NCBI GenBank assembly: GCA_000002445.1
Contig: CP000070.1
Span: 480,001 to 544,000 of the forward strand
Direction of reading: 5' to 3'
Source: Trypanosoma brucei
Lineage: Eukaryota
DNA length: 64,000 nt
Both the position numbers and the translations under genes were made by a program. Shown here piece after piece: positions 48,015-59,580 of this stretch (position 1 is its first letter; every line of letters begins with the position of its first letter). The notes under the pieces are model-generated. The model was not told the DNA's origin. It ran no database searches and worked only from the letters and a program-made list of their open reading frames with translations.

Positions 48015-49931
48015 AATGATAAAAGGTAAAATATTTTTTTTTTCAAAAATGAAAAAGGAAAGAAACAACACGCCAAAGAAAAAAAAAAGAAAAAGAGAAA
48101 CAGCGATGAGTTTCATGTATGTGTGGCATGTTTTCTTTTTTGTTTCTTTTCTGTTCTCCTTCGCAACATTGAATTAACAAGGAACATTGAATAAGTAAAA
48201 GAAAAAAAAGGAAATAAAACGGGACACAGAAGTACACATTTCATTTCATATCATATCATTATATATTTGGTCATGCAAATGTATACAAATATATAAACAA
48301 ACTTTTTGCATACATTTGCTTTCTGTTTTGTTTTCTCTGCTAAAATAGAGCAACATATATATATATATATTTTTTATTTATTTATTTAGAAAGAAAATAA
48401 AAGAAGGAAGAAAAACAAAACAATACAACATTAAATAGCAGAGGCAAAAAGACATTCAGATGCGTGAATGAGCACAAAAAACGCAAAACAAAAAAAAGGT
48501 CTCAGATATAAAAAAAAAGGAGGGAAAGTAAAGTAAAGGAAAGGAAAGGAAAGGAAAACGAAAAAGATAGACTTCGTGTGAGATTGAGAGTTCTGACATT
48601 GGTGATTTCGTATAAATCAAGGAAAACATAACTTTTCTTTTTTTCTTCTTTTTTTTTTCTGTTTCTTCTGTTTATTCTTTTATTTTTTGTAGTTTTTTTT
48701 GTTGATTAATTAAATCCACACGTAAGGAGGAGGGGAAAAGAAGTGCTAACGTCACCACTTGCACAAGTGGTTTTTCCGTTGTGAACATATTACTCCTTTT
48801 TTCATATATTATTTATTTATATATTTTTTCCCTTTTTCAACTGACATCGCTAATAAATGCAATGAAATAAAAAGAGAGAGAGACGTCACACAACCCGCAA
48901 CTGACGTGGAGAGCAAACAAAAAAGAAAACGAAAAAAAAACAAATCACAAAAACTAAATAAAAAGAAAAAGGACTACACGCGAACCTCGAGCAAAGTCAA
49001 TAATAATAATAATAGTAATAAAAGAAGCACCGGTATAATTACAAAAAAAAACTTTCTCTTTCTTTCTTTTTTTTTAAAAATAAAAGAAATAGATCATGAG
49101 AATAACAAATAAATAAAATAATGATCGTTTTTTTTTCCCCCTTTCCTTTGACAAATCAACTTGTCAAATTTGAAATACGAACAGTATATAGAAATATATA
49201 TAAATGTTATACAAACACACCGGTTATGCCGATCAGAACTCCCTCGACACTAATTTTCTAAAGAAAAGGGAGAGGGAGAGAGAGAGAAAAAAAAAAGAAG
49301 TCGAAAAACATCCCCTTCCTTTTTTTCTTTGCAAAATAACATCAAATGTTCATTTTAATAACGGTTTATTTTATTTTCTCATTTTATTCTATTTTTTTAA
49401 ATTTCACTCTGTTTGTTTTTCCCTCCCCCGTAAAAAAAGAAAAAACACTTTTCTGAACACCTTTACATTCCCGCCATTACGCTTTGGCCACTGTAAGGAT
49501 GAAGGTAAAAAAAAAAAAGAAAAGAGAACAAGTGAAACGGAACCAAACAACAATAATAATTTTTAAAAAGGTAAGGAGGAAGAGGGTTGCACATTTTATT
49601 TAGTTATTTATCGCATTATTACTATTGTAATAAACCTTATCATCTGTTGTCCCTTTTTTTTTTCCTCCTTTTCACTTGGGGACATCGTCGTTGCATTATC
49701 AGCAATTAAAACCACATGTACTAAAACGCAAAAACACATGAAACGTTAAATAAAAATACACAAATATAAATGATTAAATATATTTGTATCCATGCAGGTG
49801 AGGGCGGGAGTATGCACATATATCAACTGTTAAATATATAAATATATAAATAAATATATATATATATGTTTATATGTGCGTGTGTTAAACTCGCACATAC
49901 ATGTATGAATAGTTATGTATAAATATATAGT

Positions 49932-49935
<4 letters not shown>

Positions 49936-49966
<31 letters not shown>
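49936..49966. repeat. (TA)15 microsatellite.
   Basis: Read directly. Confidence 0.9.
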
Positions 49967-49969
<3 letters not shown>

Positions 49970-50181
49970 CTTGATTTCCTTTTCTTATTTCTTAACGCTG
50001 CCGATGATTCCGCTATAATAACAGTTGTTCCTCATTATTCTAATTTACTCTCTCTCTCTCATCCCTTTCTTTCTTTATCGTGCACCAACATCTTAACGTA
50101 TGATTTGTTTGTGATTGAATGCTTAGTTCGTGTCTTGTTTGTTTGTTTTTGTTACCGCTCAATCAACATAATGTTAATCGG

Positions 50182-50997
50182 CTACTGCATTGCTGGAACT
50201 AAAACGTTTTCTTCCACTCGCTTATTCGCCTCTTCAACTGCTGCAACCACCTGCCATGTTGCATTCACTTGATTTTTGCATGGGACGGATTCGGGCAACA
50301 CAAGTGGTGGGAAAAATAATAATTTGACACCCAAACGCTCCGACATACGCTCCAACTCCATCATTGTAGCACTTTGTGCCCCTCTTCTTGAATCCATAAC
50401 ATAAGAAGAATAATTAAACCATGCAAAACCAATCACAATGGCATCTCCCGTAGTTCCATCAACTCCCTGCACTCGGACGATGTGACGACGAAATGGAAGG
50501 GACATGTCACCTCCAAACCACAAACCCAACGCTGAAACATATTCCAGTGCCGTTTGAGGCCGCCTTAAAGGCTCAATGCCATTGTTTCCATTAAAAAAGG
50601 CTTCCACTTGATGAAGCAAAGACGCCCACACACGGCGGGTGAATTTCACAGTGGGTTCATCACAACCCCAACCGCGAACAAGTCGTACATCCCGCTCAGC
50701 TGCGGTTCGCACCAACAACTTAACGGCAGCCATTTGATCATCAAAACTCATCCCACCTGCGAACTGTCCAACAAATTCTTGAGTTTTGTTAATATGATGA
50801 CGCAAAACCGTGTCTTGTTGCAATTCCATGTCAGGTCGCATCGGTAAATTGGCTTCATCCAAAAAAAATCGGGCACGTGTTGCATCCGGATGTCGGTTCG
50901 CGTGAGAAACAGTGAAAGTATTTCCCCTTTTGCCACATGTTGCAGTGCACTGCTTTTGTGGCGAGTTGTGCATTAAATTCTTCACAACGTTGTCCAT
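50182..50997 (-). CDS. Hypothetical protein, 271 aa.
   Basis: ATG at 50995-50997. Non-repetitive composition, same strand as its neighbours. I recognised no domain. Confidence 0.55.
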   Translation of the reverse strand: MDNVVKNLMHNSPQKQCTATCGKRGNTFTVSHANRHPDATRARFFLDEANLPMRPDMELQQDTVLRHHINKTQEFVGQFAGGMSFDDQMAAVKLLVRTAAERDVRLVRGWGCDEPTVKFTRRVWASLLHQVEAFFNGNNGIEPLRRPQTALEYVSALGLWFGGDMSLPFRRHIVRVQGVDGTTGDAIVIGFAWFNYSSYVMDSRRGAQSATMMELERMSERLGVKLLFFPPLVLPESVPCKNQVNATWQVVAAVEEANKRVEENVLVPAMQ

Positions 50998-51012
50998 GTA
51001 GTTAAATACAAG

Positions 51013-51038
51013 TATATATATATATATATATATATATA
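51013..51038. repeat. (TA)13 microsatellite, 16-41 nt upstream of the 271-aa gene ATG.
   Basis: Read directly. Confidence 0.9.
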
Positions 51039-52662
51039 AATGTATAAATATTTATTTATATTTTCTCAGGGATGCAACTACAACAAAAAACAACAAAGCG
51101 AAACAGTTCCTCTAACAGCTACTTCAGACTCTTCTATTTATTTTTTCTTTATTTATTTTTTTTGTACTGTCTCTTTTTCAGTTCAAGTTTCGCTCAGTAG
51201 GGATTTCTTTAAGTTTTTTCTTTAACGTTAATGATTTCGCTCTGTCACGACTTTTGTTTCCTATGTAAAGAAAAGAAAAAAGTCAATGCTCTCGATTTGC
51301 GCTAACGTTATTATTATTATTTTTTTAATTTCTCGTTTCGGAACGGATCAGCGAGTAACCTAAATAAAATAATTTAAAAAAAGTACTAACAGTAAAAAAA
51401 AATGAAGGTTCAGTGGGCTAATATAATTAACCTTAGTTCACAGACACTTTACTCTTTTTATCTTTTACTTTTTTTCCTCAGAAAAAAGTTTGTGCAGTCT
51501 TTTTTTCTTTATTTTAAATTTAATATTTTTCATGTAAAGGGATAGTGGAAAAAAAGAGGGAAAAAAGATGATGAGAAATAGAACCAAAAATGAATAAATG
51601 ACAATTATGCATGAGGAAAGAGCGAAATGTAATGGAATATTATTACCAAATGACACTACGCAGCATCACGCACACTCCTATCCAGAAATAAAATAGAATA
51701 GTAACAATTAAAAAAAAAAACACCCAAACACACACACGCATATATATATATATACCATAAATGCGGAGAATATATGTACGGTGCGAAGGCGTTAACGCGT
51801 TATTGCATTTAATGTTAATGATCTTAACAACAGGTGTGAAGGGGAGACGGAGGGCATTGGGAAAATAACAACTATGAATTTCTCAACCACAAATAAATGC
51901 GCCCGCAAAAAAGAAAAGGAAAAAGGAAAAAGAAAAAAGAAAACGACGACAACAACAACAAATGGTTTCTCCATCCATCGCTACCACTTCCTGATGTAAT
52001 GAACTGTTTGGAACCCGGCACATCATCAAATACAAATACAACAACAGCAGTATTGCATACATACATACATATACACGCATAGCTATATATGATGAATATA
52101 TTCGTCCTGATAATGCACTACCCGCAAATTCGTACGATTGGTGAGCAATTATGAAATGTGTGTTTAATTTTCTTTTTTTCCCCCCTTTCCCCCGCATCAC
52201 AACATTCTTCTCTCTCTCTCTCACTCTTCAACCCACCTCGATTTATTAAAAATTTTTTTCTTTTTAAATCCTGCACATTCCTCCTTCTCTAACTTCGGCT
52301 ACTTGTTTATCACCCAATGGTTTCCTTCAGCCTCCCTCCGCCTCCCAAATTTATGTCCACAGTTGTTGTTGTTGTTTATTTACAGAAACGGTGGGTTGAA
52401 ATAAATCAAACAAAAACCGACAAAAGGAACGATGCCACCAAAAACAGGTTGGAGGTATCACAGTGAAGGGAAGAAGAAGTACTAAAAAAACAACAAAAAA
52501 AAAAAGTGGGCCCACACACTTCCGTTACGTTTCACCAAACTGCACCCGCGTCCCCCACTTCACTCGAGCCACCTACAAAACATTTTATTACCTTTCACAA
52601 ACTGTTTATCAAACTCATCGTTACTTTTTGTTCCGCTGTTGCATCACATAATGCTGAAGAGT

Positions 52663-54639
52663 TTATTCCCATTCCGTCGTCCCCGGCGGTTTCCCCGTGA
52701 GATCATACATAACGCGTGATATGAAGTCAAATCCCTGCAAAGTCTCTACAATTTCCTTAAGAGCTTCCAATGGCATATCGGCTGATCCCGGAGCCGCTGG
52801 GACACCAGTCATGAAATCATTTGTAATAAAAGGCCTTATCACAACACTGAAGGGACCCTTTTCCTCAAAACCTATGGGTAATAGTACCACAGGCACTTGG
52901 CTGAGCCGCCTCACAAGTCCATATTTAATTAAGGCACGGTTAACGGTGTCATCCGCAAGCCGAAGTTTGTCCAGCACCTCAGGGACAAGAGATGACTTGG
53001 TCGCTTTCAACGGTGCCTCAGCTCGTTTAGGTCCAAACATAAACACGATACGGTTAACATTTGACGTTAACTTTGGAATAACCAATGCAAGACGCCCAAG
53101 GGAGTTCCACTCTTCTTTATTTGGGAGGCGACCGATGGAAAGTGCCGCAGCGTAGGCATATGTCCTGCCGTCGCCCTGCACGCCCACCGTTCGGATTGGT
53201 AAAATGCAGCTTGCAGGTTGGAGGCTACGCAATTCCTTGCAGAGTGGCTTTAACAGTTCGAAACGCTCATCACCAGCGCACACGGCCCGAACGTTTTCTT
53301 CTGTTCGAGCGTAGTGCTCGTCCTTAAAGAGTGATCCGTCGCTGCATAAAACACGAATAGCCAAACCGGGCCCGGGAAAAGGTTGGCGCTGCACTAAGTG
53401 AGTTGGAATGCCGAGTCGAGTACCCAGTTCCCGCACCTCATCCTTATGGTAGTCGCAAAGTGGCTCGATGATTCGACCCTCCGCTCTCAGTTGCCGCACA
53501 ACTGCCGTATCATTGTGGTGCGTTTTTATTGCATCCGCCACCTTACTGGCGTAGGCCGAACCCGACTCGATCAAGTCAGGTCTCAAGGTTCCTTGAGCGA
53601 GTAACAGGTTATTCACGTCCAAATTAAGATCCTTCACCGCTGCATCACACACAGACATGAATGTGTTACCAATGATGACACGCTTCTCCTCAGGGTCTAT
53701 CGCCTCACAGAGTTTTCCCGTTTGGTACGCCCCTTTGCCACGCTTCGCTGGGAATTCCGTCGTTGCTTCAGAAAATTGTTTGGTTGCATCAATCAGCGTT
53801 ACGTTAACACCAGCGGCTCTCAGCGCCGCCACAACCTCTTGGCTTTCATTAAGCCGCATAAATCCATGGTCAATGTGTATGCATACCACTCGCTCCGGTC
53901 CAAGCGCTTTCAGCAGCAGCACAGCACAAACTGTACTGTCTACACCCCCTGAAGCGAGACACAAAACTTTTTGACCCTGAGTAGTGCGCTCACGAATCAG
54001 GCGCAGGGCCTTCTCCTCCCTATCCTCCATTGTAAATGTAAATTTACAGCCACAAAATGTTAAAAAGTTTTTCAAAATTTGAACTCCGTTCTCTGTAAGC
54101 TCCACCTCGGGGTGGAACTGTACACCAAACAGCGGAAGACTCTCATGTTGGACCGCGGCGATGATGTGTGCGCTACTTCGCGCCGTCACCTTCAGATGCG
54201 GCCCCGCTTCTGTGATGGAGTCGCCATGCGTGAGAAGCACCTTTTCTTTATTTGAAAGACCATGGAAAATGGGTGAGTTGGTATCAACGGTTATCTCATC
54301 TTGGCCATCCTCCCGTACTCCCGCACAACCAACTTTACCACCGAATGCTCGCGTGAGCAACTGCACGCCATAACAAATACCCAGCAAAGGTTTTCCAACT
54401 GAGAAGAGGTCCGTGTTATACGATGGCGCATCGGCGTCACTGATGGAACTCGGCCCACCACTGATGATAATTCCCTTAATTGAGGGATCACTACGAAGGA
54501 TATCAGTGGGGGTATCCAGTGGCATCACTCGAGACTCGACGCGAAGTTCCCGCACCTTCCTGTCAATCACCTTACCGTATTGAGAACCAGCATCAAGAAT
54601 GACAACACACTCCGTTACCGGCTCCTGTTGAACTGACAT
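52663..54639 (-). CDS. GMPS: GMP synthase (glutamine-hydrolysing), 658 aa.
   Basis: ATG at 54637-54639. Class I glutamine amidotransferase with Cys nucleophile in LLGICYGVQLL. PP-loop ATP pyrophosphatase motif SGGVDSTVCAVLL. C-terminal GMPS dimerisation region. Confidence 0.9.
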   Translation of the reverse strand: MSVQQEPVTECVVILDAGSQYGKVIDRKVRELRVESRVMPLDTPTDILRSDPSIKGIIISGGPSSISDADAPSYNTDLFSVGKPLLGICYGVQLLTRAFGGKVGCAGVREDGQDEITVDTNSPIFHGLSNKEKVLLTHGDSITEAGPHLKVTARSSAHIIAAVQHESLPLFGVQFHPEVELTENGVQILKNFLTFCGCKFTFTMEDREEKALRLIRERTTQGQKVLCLASGGVDSTVCAVLLLKALGPERVVCIHIDHGFMRLNESQEVVAALRAAGVNVTLIDATKQFSEATTEFPAKRGKGAYQTGKLCEAIDPEEKRVIIGNTFMSVCDAAVKDLNLDVNNLLLAQGTLRPDLIESGSAYASKVADAIKTHHNDTAVVRQLRAEGRIIEPLCDYHKDEVRELGTRLGIPTHLVQRQPFPGPGLAIRVLCSDGSLFKDEHYARTEENVRAVCAGDERFELLKPLCKELRSLQPASCILPIRTVGVQGDGRTYAYAAALSIGRLPNKEEWNSLGRLALVIPKLTSNVNRIVFMFGPKRAEAPLKATKSSLVPEVLDKLRLADDTVNRALIKYGLVRRLSQVPVVLLPIGFEEKGPFSVVIRPFITNDFMTGVPAAPGSADMPLEALKEIVETLQGFDFISRVMYDLTGKPPGTTEWE

Positions 54640-54818
54640 CCGTTTCTGAAGCTTATCCGAACGCTTAGCTGAACTCTTTATGAAACTAATGGGTTAGATA
54701 TCAACATGTGTTGGTAACCAATATAACGGGGCAGAGCAAGTAACACAAAAATGACGTACACAAACGACCGCAATACAAATGATGGATGCGAAGAAAAGAA
54801 CACTTTCCCCCTTTCATC

Positions 54819-54840
54819 TATATATATATATATATATATA
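54819..54840. repeat. (TA)11 microsatellite upstream of GMPS.
   Basis: Read directly. Confidence 0.9.
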
Positions 54841-55048
54841 AGGATAATGCACCATACGCCGATAGCGTCACTTCAGGTGATTGTATACGCGCCGCTGAAT
54901 TACAACGATACCAACTGCCTCACCAGCCCTCGTAATTACCACTAATAAGCTTTCAGTTGCCATGGCAAACTATTGCTGTTATCAGTAGTGATGATAAGTT
55001 TCCTCATATGCATTTACACGTAAGGGAAAAGGGAGCTGTGACAGTGCA

Positions 55049-55294
55049 TCATCGCTTAACAAAGACGCGGAGAAATTCTCCACTGAATTCCATACCATTC
55101 ATATTACCCGCTGCAGCAATCGCATCATCCGCCTCTTCAAACCCAACCTCAACAACAGATTCCTCCTTCTTGGCTGTTGTTGTGGTGCGCCTGTCAAAGT
55201 CTGTCACTTCTCCAAATGACGAACAGATACGCAGCAAAGAGTTTTCATCAAAAGCAGGTGGCAAACAGCGAATACAAATCCGCCTAGACATCAT
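55049..55294 (-). CDS. Small RRM-domain RNA-binding protein, 81 aa.
   Basis: ATG at 55292-55294. RNP-like layout: ICIRCLPP...SFGEVTDF...VVEVGFEEADDAIAAAGNMNGMEFSGEFLRV. Same strand as the whole cluster. The longer + strand ORF at 54957-55463 is low-complexity. Confidence 0.45.
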   Translation of the reverse strand: MMSRRICIRCLPPAFDENSLLRICSSFGEVTDFDRRTTTTAKKEESVVEVGFEEADDAIAAAGNMNGMEFSGEFLRVFVKR

Positions 55295-56242
55295 TTCTCC
55301 TTTAAAACGTTTAATTGCATCTAAAGAGTCCCTCCAGGTTTATTCCCCTGGTAACTTTGAACACCTTTCGTGCTCCCACTGTTGTCTCGCTTTTACGCGC
55401 TTGCGATCCTCCACTTCCTACAGGACCGCGGCGTCAAAATACTCAGCTTTGTTACACAATTGAAAATAGTGGCAAATAGTGGAAATGGAAAAAAGTTATA
55501 TTAGTTTGGTGAAACAAGGCTCTAAAAGAGATGATACAACGAAGATTGATAGGGAAAGGTTAGTTCGTGCATAAATAAGTGTTTTGATACGTGAGGTTTG
55601 GGTAATGTATCTAAATGAGCCTGTAGGGGAATCCCTACACAAGAAATTGAAACATGGCCAAAGAGTCAATCATTTATCACTGTTGAATCAAACCGCAACA
55701 AAAATGAGGCAGCAAAAAATACTCAATATCGGTGACACCACGCTCCTCTCAAAAGGTTAAAATTGAGTCACAAAATCAACGGCGAATACTCCGATTTAAA
55801 GCTTGGATATTGTCTCCTCCTTTCTTTGTTCGTTTCTTTCTCTTGTTTCTCTTCTCTTCCCTTCCTTTTCGTTTGGTTAGTTTTGGTTTGGTACTGTTTT
55901 GAAGATGATAACAACAAAAAAACACACCCGCTGGTTTGACACCGCCATCAACCCACAATCTAAGTGAATAAGAAAGTTAAGAAAGAAAAAAAAAAAGAAA
56001 ACAAACAGTACCTCATCATCTAGCAAAAAAGAAAAAGGAAAGAAAGGAAGAAGCGCCAAGCTTCAGTTCAACCCGTGTGCCTGTGAACCTGCTTAAATCT
56101 GAACAAGAAAAAGGGTTTGGGGGCCTTTGTAATATCTTCACACTCCCTGAACTATCATGGTTTCTTTGAAAAGACGGTGGGATCAGATTGGTGTAAACTT
56201 GCTATTTTCCATCAGTAAATGAAAGACCCATCCTTTCATCTC

Positions 56243-56998
56243 TTAACAGCATAATAAATCATCGAGAGAGGTCAGTAAGTTGGAATCCATTCTGAGGGCA
56301 CTGGCTTCCTTCATGATGGCGGCGCAGGCTTCCTTCCCTTTTCGTGCCTCTTCTGCTTCTTCAGTGAAGAACTTATGTCTTTCAATCAACCTCTGTTGTT
56401 TCCGCATCTCCGTCTCTACTACCCAAGCCCTTCTTTCCTCCTCCATGGTTGCTTCCACTTCAGCAATTTTGGAGCGCAGCTGTTGAACCTTCTGTTGATG
56501 ATCAACGGCTTCCTGTGCGTTAGTTTCCTCCAATTTGTGGATCTGATCCCGGTACTGTTGTTCACGCTCCTGGCAAGCTATTTGAAACGTTAAGAGTTGT
56601 TCCCTCATTTCCTTCTCCTCTTCTTCACGTTTCTTAAGGCGTTCTGCGATTTCAATAGCACTGGCTTCAAGTCGTGGTTCGTATTCCTCATTACGGGCAT
56701 GAAGCCGTTTAACTATTTCTTCGTTTTGTTTTACCTCTGCCCTGGCCTCCGTCGTTTTGCTCTCATTTTCTGCGATTTTTTCCTTCATTTTCTGAATAGT
56801 TGCCAAAACACCTTCCTTATCACAACTCCAGTCTCGCATGAGTTGTTCATGTTCGGCTAAAATTTGCTCATTTTTCTTGAGTTCATCATCCAAAGCGGAT
56901 TGCTCTTGTGCCACTGCGTTTCTCAGAGCCTGATGGGCTGAAATGGCTTCTTTTAATGCGGAGCCACGGGGTGCGGAAGTAAGTCGTGGCCTGGTCAT
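56243..56998 (-). CDS. Coiled-coil protein rich in E, K and Q, 251 aa.
   Basis: ATG at 56996-56998. Heptad-like charged sequence throughout. Confidence 0.55.
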   Translation of the reverse strand: MTRPRLTSAPRGSALKEAISAHQALRNAVAQEQSALDDELKKNEQILAEHEQLMRDWSCDKEGVLATIQKMKEKIAENESKTTEARAEVKQNEEIVKRLHARNEEYEPRLEASAIEIAERLKKREEEEKEMREQLLTFQIACQEREQQYRDQIHKLEETNAQEAVDHQQKVQQLRSKIAEVEATMEEERRAWVVETEMRKQQRLIERHKFFTEEAEEARKGKEACAAIMKEASALRMDSNLLTSLDDLLCC

Positions 56999-57721
56999 AT
57001 CTAAATGATTAAAATAAAAACGTACGCCTCAGTGAGTAAATTTTTTTTTTAAAAAAGAAAACAACAATTATTCCTCTCTGTTAGACTAACTTGTTGTTTT
57101 TCTTTTTTAAAAATAAATCAACTTTCGTATATTCTTTCTGCTCGTTTGCTTGCCGTATGTGGTGACTTTTCCCTTTCTTTGTCAGCTTAACGGGACACGA
57201 TTTTGGAAGAGAGCAAAGATTACAGCACGTGGAATCTGTCAAACAAAAAGGAAGTAATTAGTATGAAGATGCCTTCCTGTAAAATTAAGTGTCTACTGTA
57301 TGCTTCGTGAAGAAATAATGGACCCAAAAAGAATAAAGGGAAAGAACCAAAAAAGAGGGGGATGATGCCAATATTAATAATTATTATTAATAATTAATAT
57401 TAACAGCACAGTAACAGTAACAGTGACAACTACAACAACAACAACAACAACTATTATTGTTATTATAAGCTCCCATTCAATGAGTGTTTGCTGCACATAA
57501 AGCAAAGCACGTGTAGGGTGGCGTGAGTAGGAAACAAATGAAGTTCTGCACGCTGCTTGTCCGTTCATTAAGACAAATATAAATACATACACTTTTTTTT
57601 GCTTGTTTGCTATTCGTTCTTTTTTTATTATTATTATTTTTTCGTTTTCTTGCGCCTTCAGAAGCGCAGATGACGTAAAGAGGTAATACGAGAAGCAGCA
57701 GTGGGAAGGGGGAGGGGGAAC

Positions 57722-57756
57722 TTTTTTTTTTGGGGGGGGGAGGGGGGAAAAAAAAA
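57722..57756. repeat. Homopolymer block T10 G9 A G6 A9.
   Basis: The block reads ttttttttttgggggggggaggggggaaaaaaaaa. Confidence 0.9.
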
Positions 57757-57828
57757 GGGAAAGAGTAAAGAGGCAAAGGCGATGAGGACACGAAAATGTG
57801 TCTTCACTTCACTTCTCTTTTTTTGTGG

Positions 57829-57856
57829 GGTTGTTGTTGTTGTTGTTGTTGTTGTT
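57829..57856. repeat. (TTG)9 trinucleotide tract. A (CAA)6 tract lies at 57432-57451.
   Basis: Read directly. Confidence 0.85.
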
Positions 57857-59580
57857 TCTTTTCAAATGTGGTAAAATCAAGAAGGAAGGAGTGACAAAAA
57901 CTCAACCGCACACGAGATCTCATTGAAGGTTGGAAAGTTTTGACATACAAATGAGTTTCGTCCCTTATTTAATGATACAAAATACATTTACAAAAGAAAC
58001 GAGGTAATATTTCTTTTGTAAAAGCGGGCAGTAACGAAAGGTACGCGAGTAAAAGTAGAGAAGATGTAAAGGAGCGGGTGCCAAATGAAAGAAACCACTT
58101 TCTTGATAAATTCACAATCACAACTGCAAAAAAAAAAAAGAAGAAGAAAAGATGACTACTGTCAATTCAAACTGCAAAAATTACAAATTTCGCAGAAGAT
58201 GCATAACGGCAACGTCACAGCTACAAAAAGAGAAAATCTTTTTGTTGTTTTCCTTAAACCTTTTCTTTTTTTTTTTAATTGTATGCTTGTATCTTTGTGT
58301 GTGCGCAGAAGGCGCAATGATAACACCCTCACCTTCACATTCACATGGCCATATATGACTGGGACCGTTCTTTTCTTTTTATTTTCTATTTTATTTTTAT
58401 TTTTTTTGTTTTGTTTTTGTTTTTCTTCATTTTCGTTTCCCTTTTCCGTTTCTACAAACAGTTGTAAGCAACAACTATTGAACATTCCCATGCCATACGA
58501 TGTCGAAATGGAGTGAGAGAAGTATAAAAGTTGTTTTATTTTTTTTTTAAAAAATCAAACACTGCCATCACGGTGATGAAAAAGTTGACCGAAAGCAGTT
58601 GAGTGACACACAAAGCATGTACTCGCATCATTTGCGCATGACAGAAAAAAAAACACACACATTTAGCGATACTCTCACCCTCACTAAAAGATTAATGGAA
58701 AAAAAAAAGCAATACCAAACAACAATAAAAATAGAAAAACACACAATACTGTAATACAAGAAACCAAAAGGAAGGTGAGACAAAAAAAACAACTGTGGCA
58801 CAGTAGCGATAAGAAGAACATCAGGGTAAACGAATGTTCCTTTTTACCCTTTTCTCTCTTTTTTTTTTCGGAGATTTACTGTTCACAACACATACTTTAA
58901 CGTAATAACTTGTCATTAAAACGAAAGTGGTGAGAGAAACAAAAAAAATAAACAAAAAATTGTATTCGTAATGTGTTCGTTTGTCCGTGTTCATGTGTGC
59001 TTTTGTCTTTTTATTTTATTTTTTTTCCACCCATTTTGTTGTTGCTTCCTCCCAGTGAATATTCCTTCCTTCCTTCCCACTCACTCCCTCCGGTGAACCA
59101 ACCACTCACCAAATGCCTTATGTTACCTCATTGGCTCACGGTATTGATGTTATCATTAACATTACTGTCGACAAGAACATTATCATTGCACCCACCCACC
59201 TCCACCTATGACTTCTTTCACCATTCCTTCAACAGCCGCTTCGTTGCGTTTTGTTGTCATTCTCCTCCTCCTCCTCCTCTTTTTCTTTCACATTAACCAC
59301 ACCCTCCGGTGTGTTTTTTTTTTCCTTTTTTAAAAAAAATTATCATCAGCCCAACCCTGTAAACACACACACACACACACACACAAAGACAGGTAAGAAT
59401 GTGGCAACACATGTTCACTGTCTAAATACTTCCTCTTCCCTAATCATTAAGCTCCTTATTCCCTTTTGTTTTTTTTCTTTTCTTCATTTGTTACTGTTGG
59501 GCTCCCTTCTCAAGTTGCCTCTCCCCCTCCTCCTCCTCCTCCATTTCTTCCTGATTGCTGAAACTGCAAACACATCTTCT

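Noticed and set aside
44599-49566. Multiple 60-120 aa ORFs on both strands in the long intergenic interval, for example 48759-49112 and 49204-49566.
   Set aside because: Their sequences are extreme low-complexity K/N/F/I-rich runs translated from homopolymer or microsatellite DNA.
45034-52140. Isolated TGATGA and CTGA motifs that might mark C/D-box snoRNAs, for example near 45034, 46683 and 52090.
   Set aside because: No correctly spaced C and D box pair with terminal stem and guide-like region could be assembled by eye. It cannot be supported without a covariance or snoRNA scan.
52697-54373. Plus-strand ORFs of 70-152 aa inside GMP synthase, and similar ones inside CGM1 at 42059-43780.
   Set aside because: They are antisense overlaps within well-supported CDSs.
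57722-57756. G9AG6 run considered as a G-quadruplex-forming element.
   Set aside because: There are only two G-runs, whereas a canonical intramolecular G4 needs four. It is more likely a replication-slippage homopolymer.
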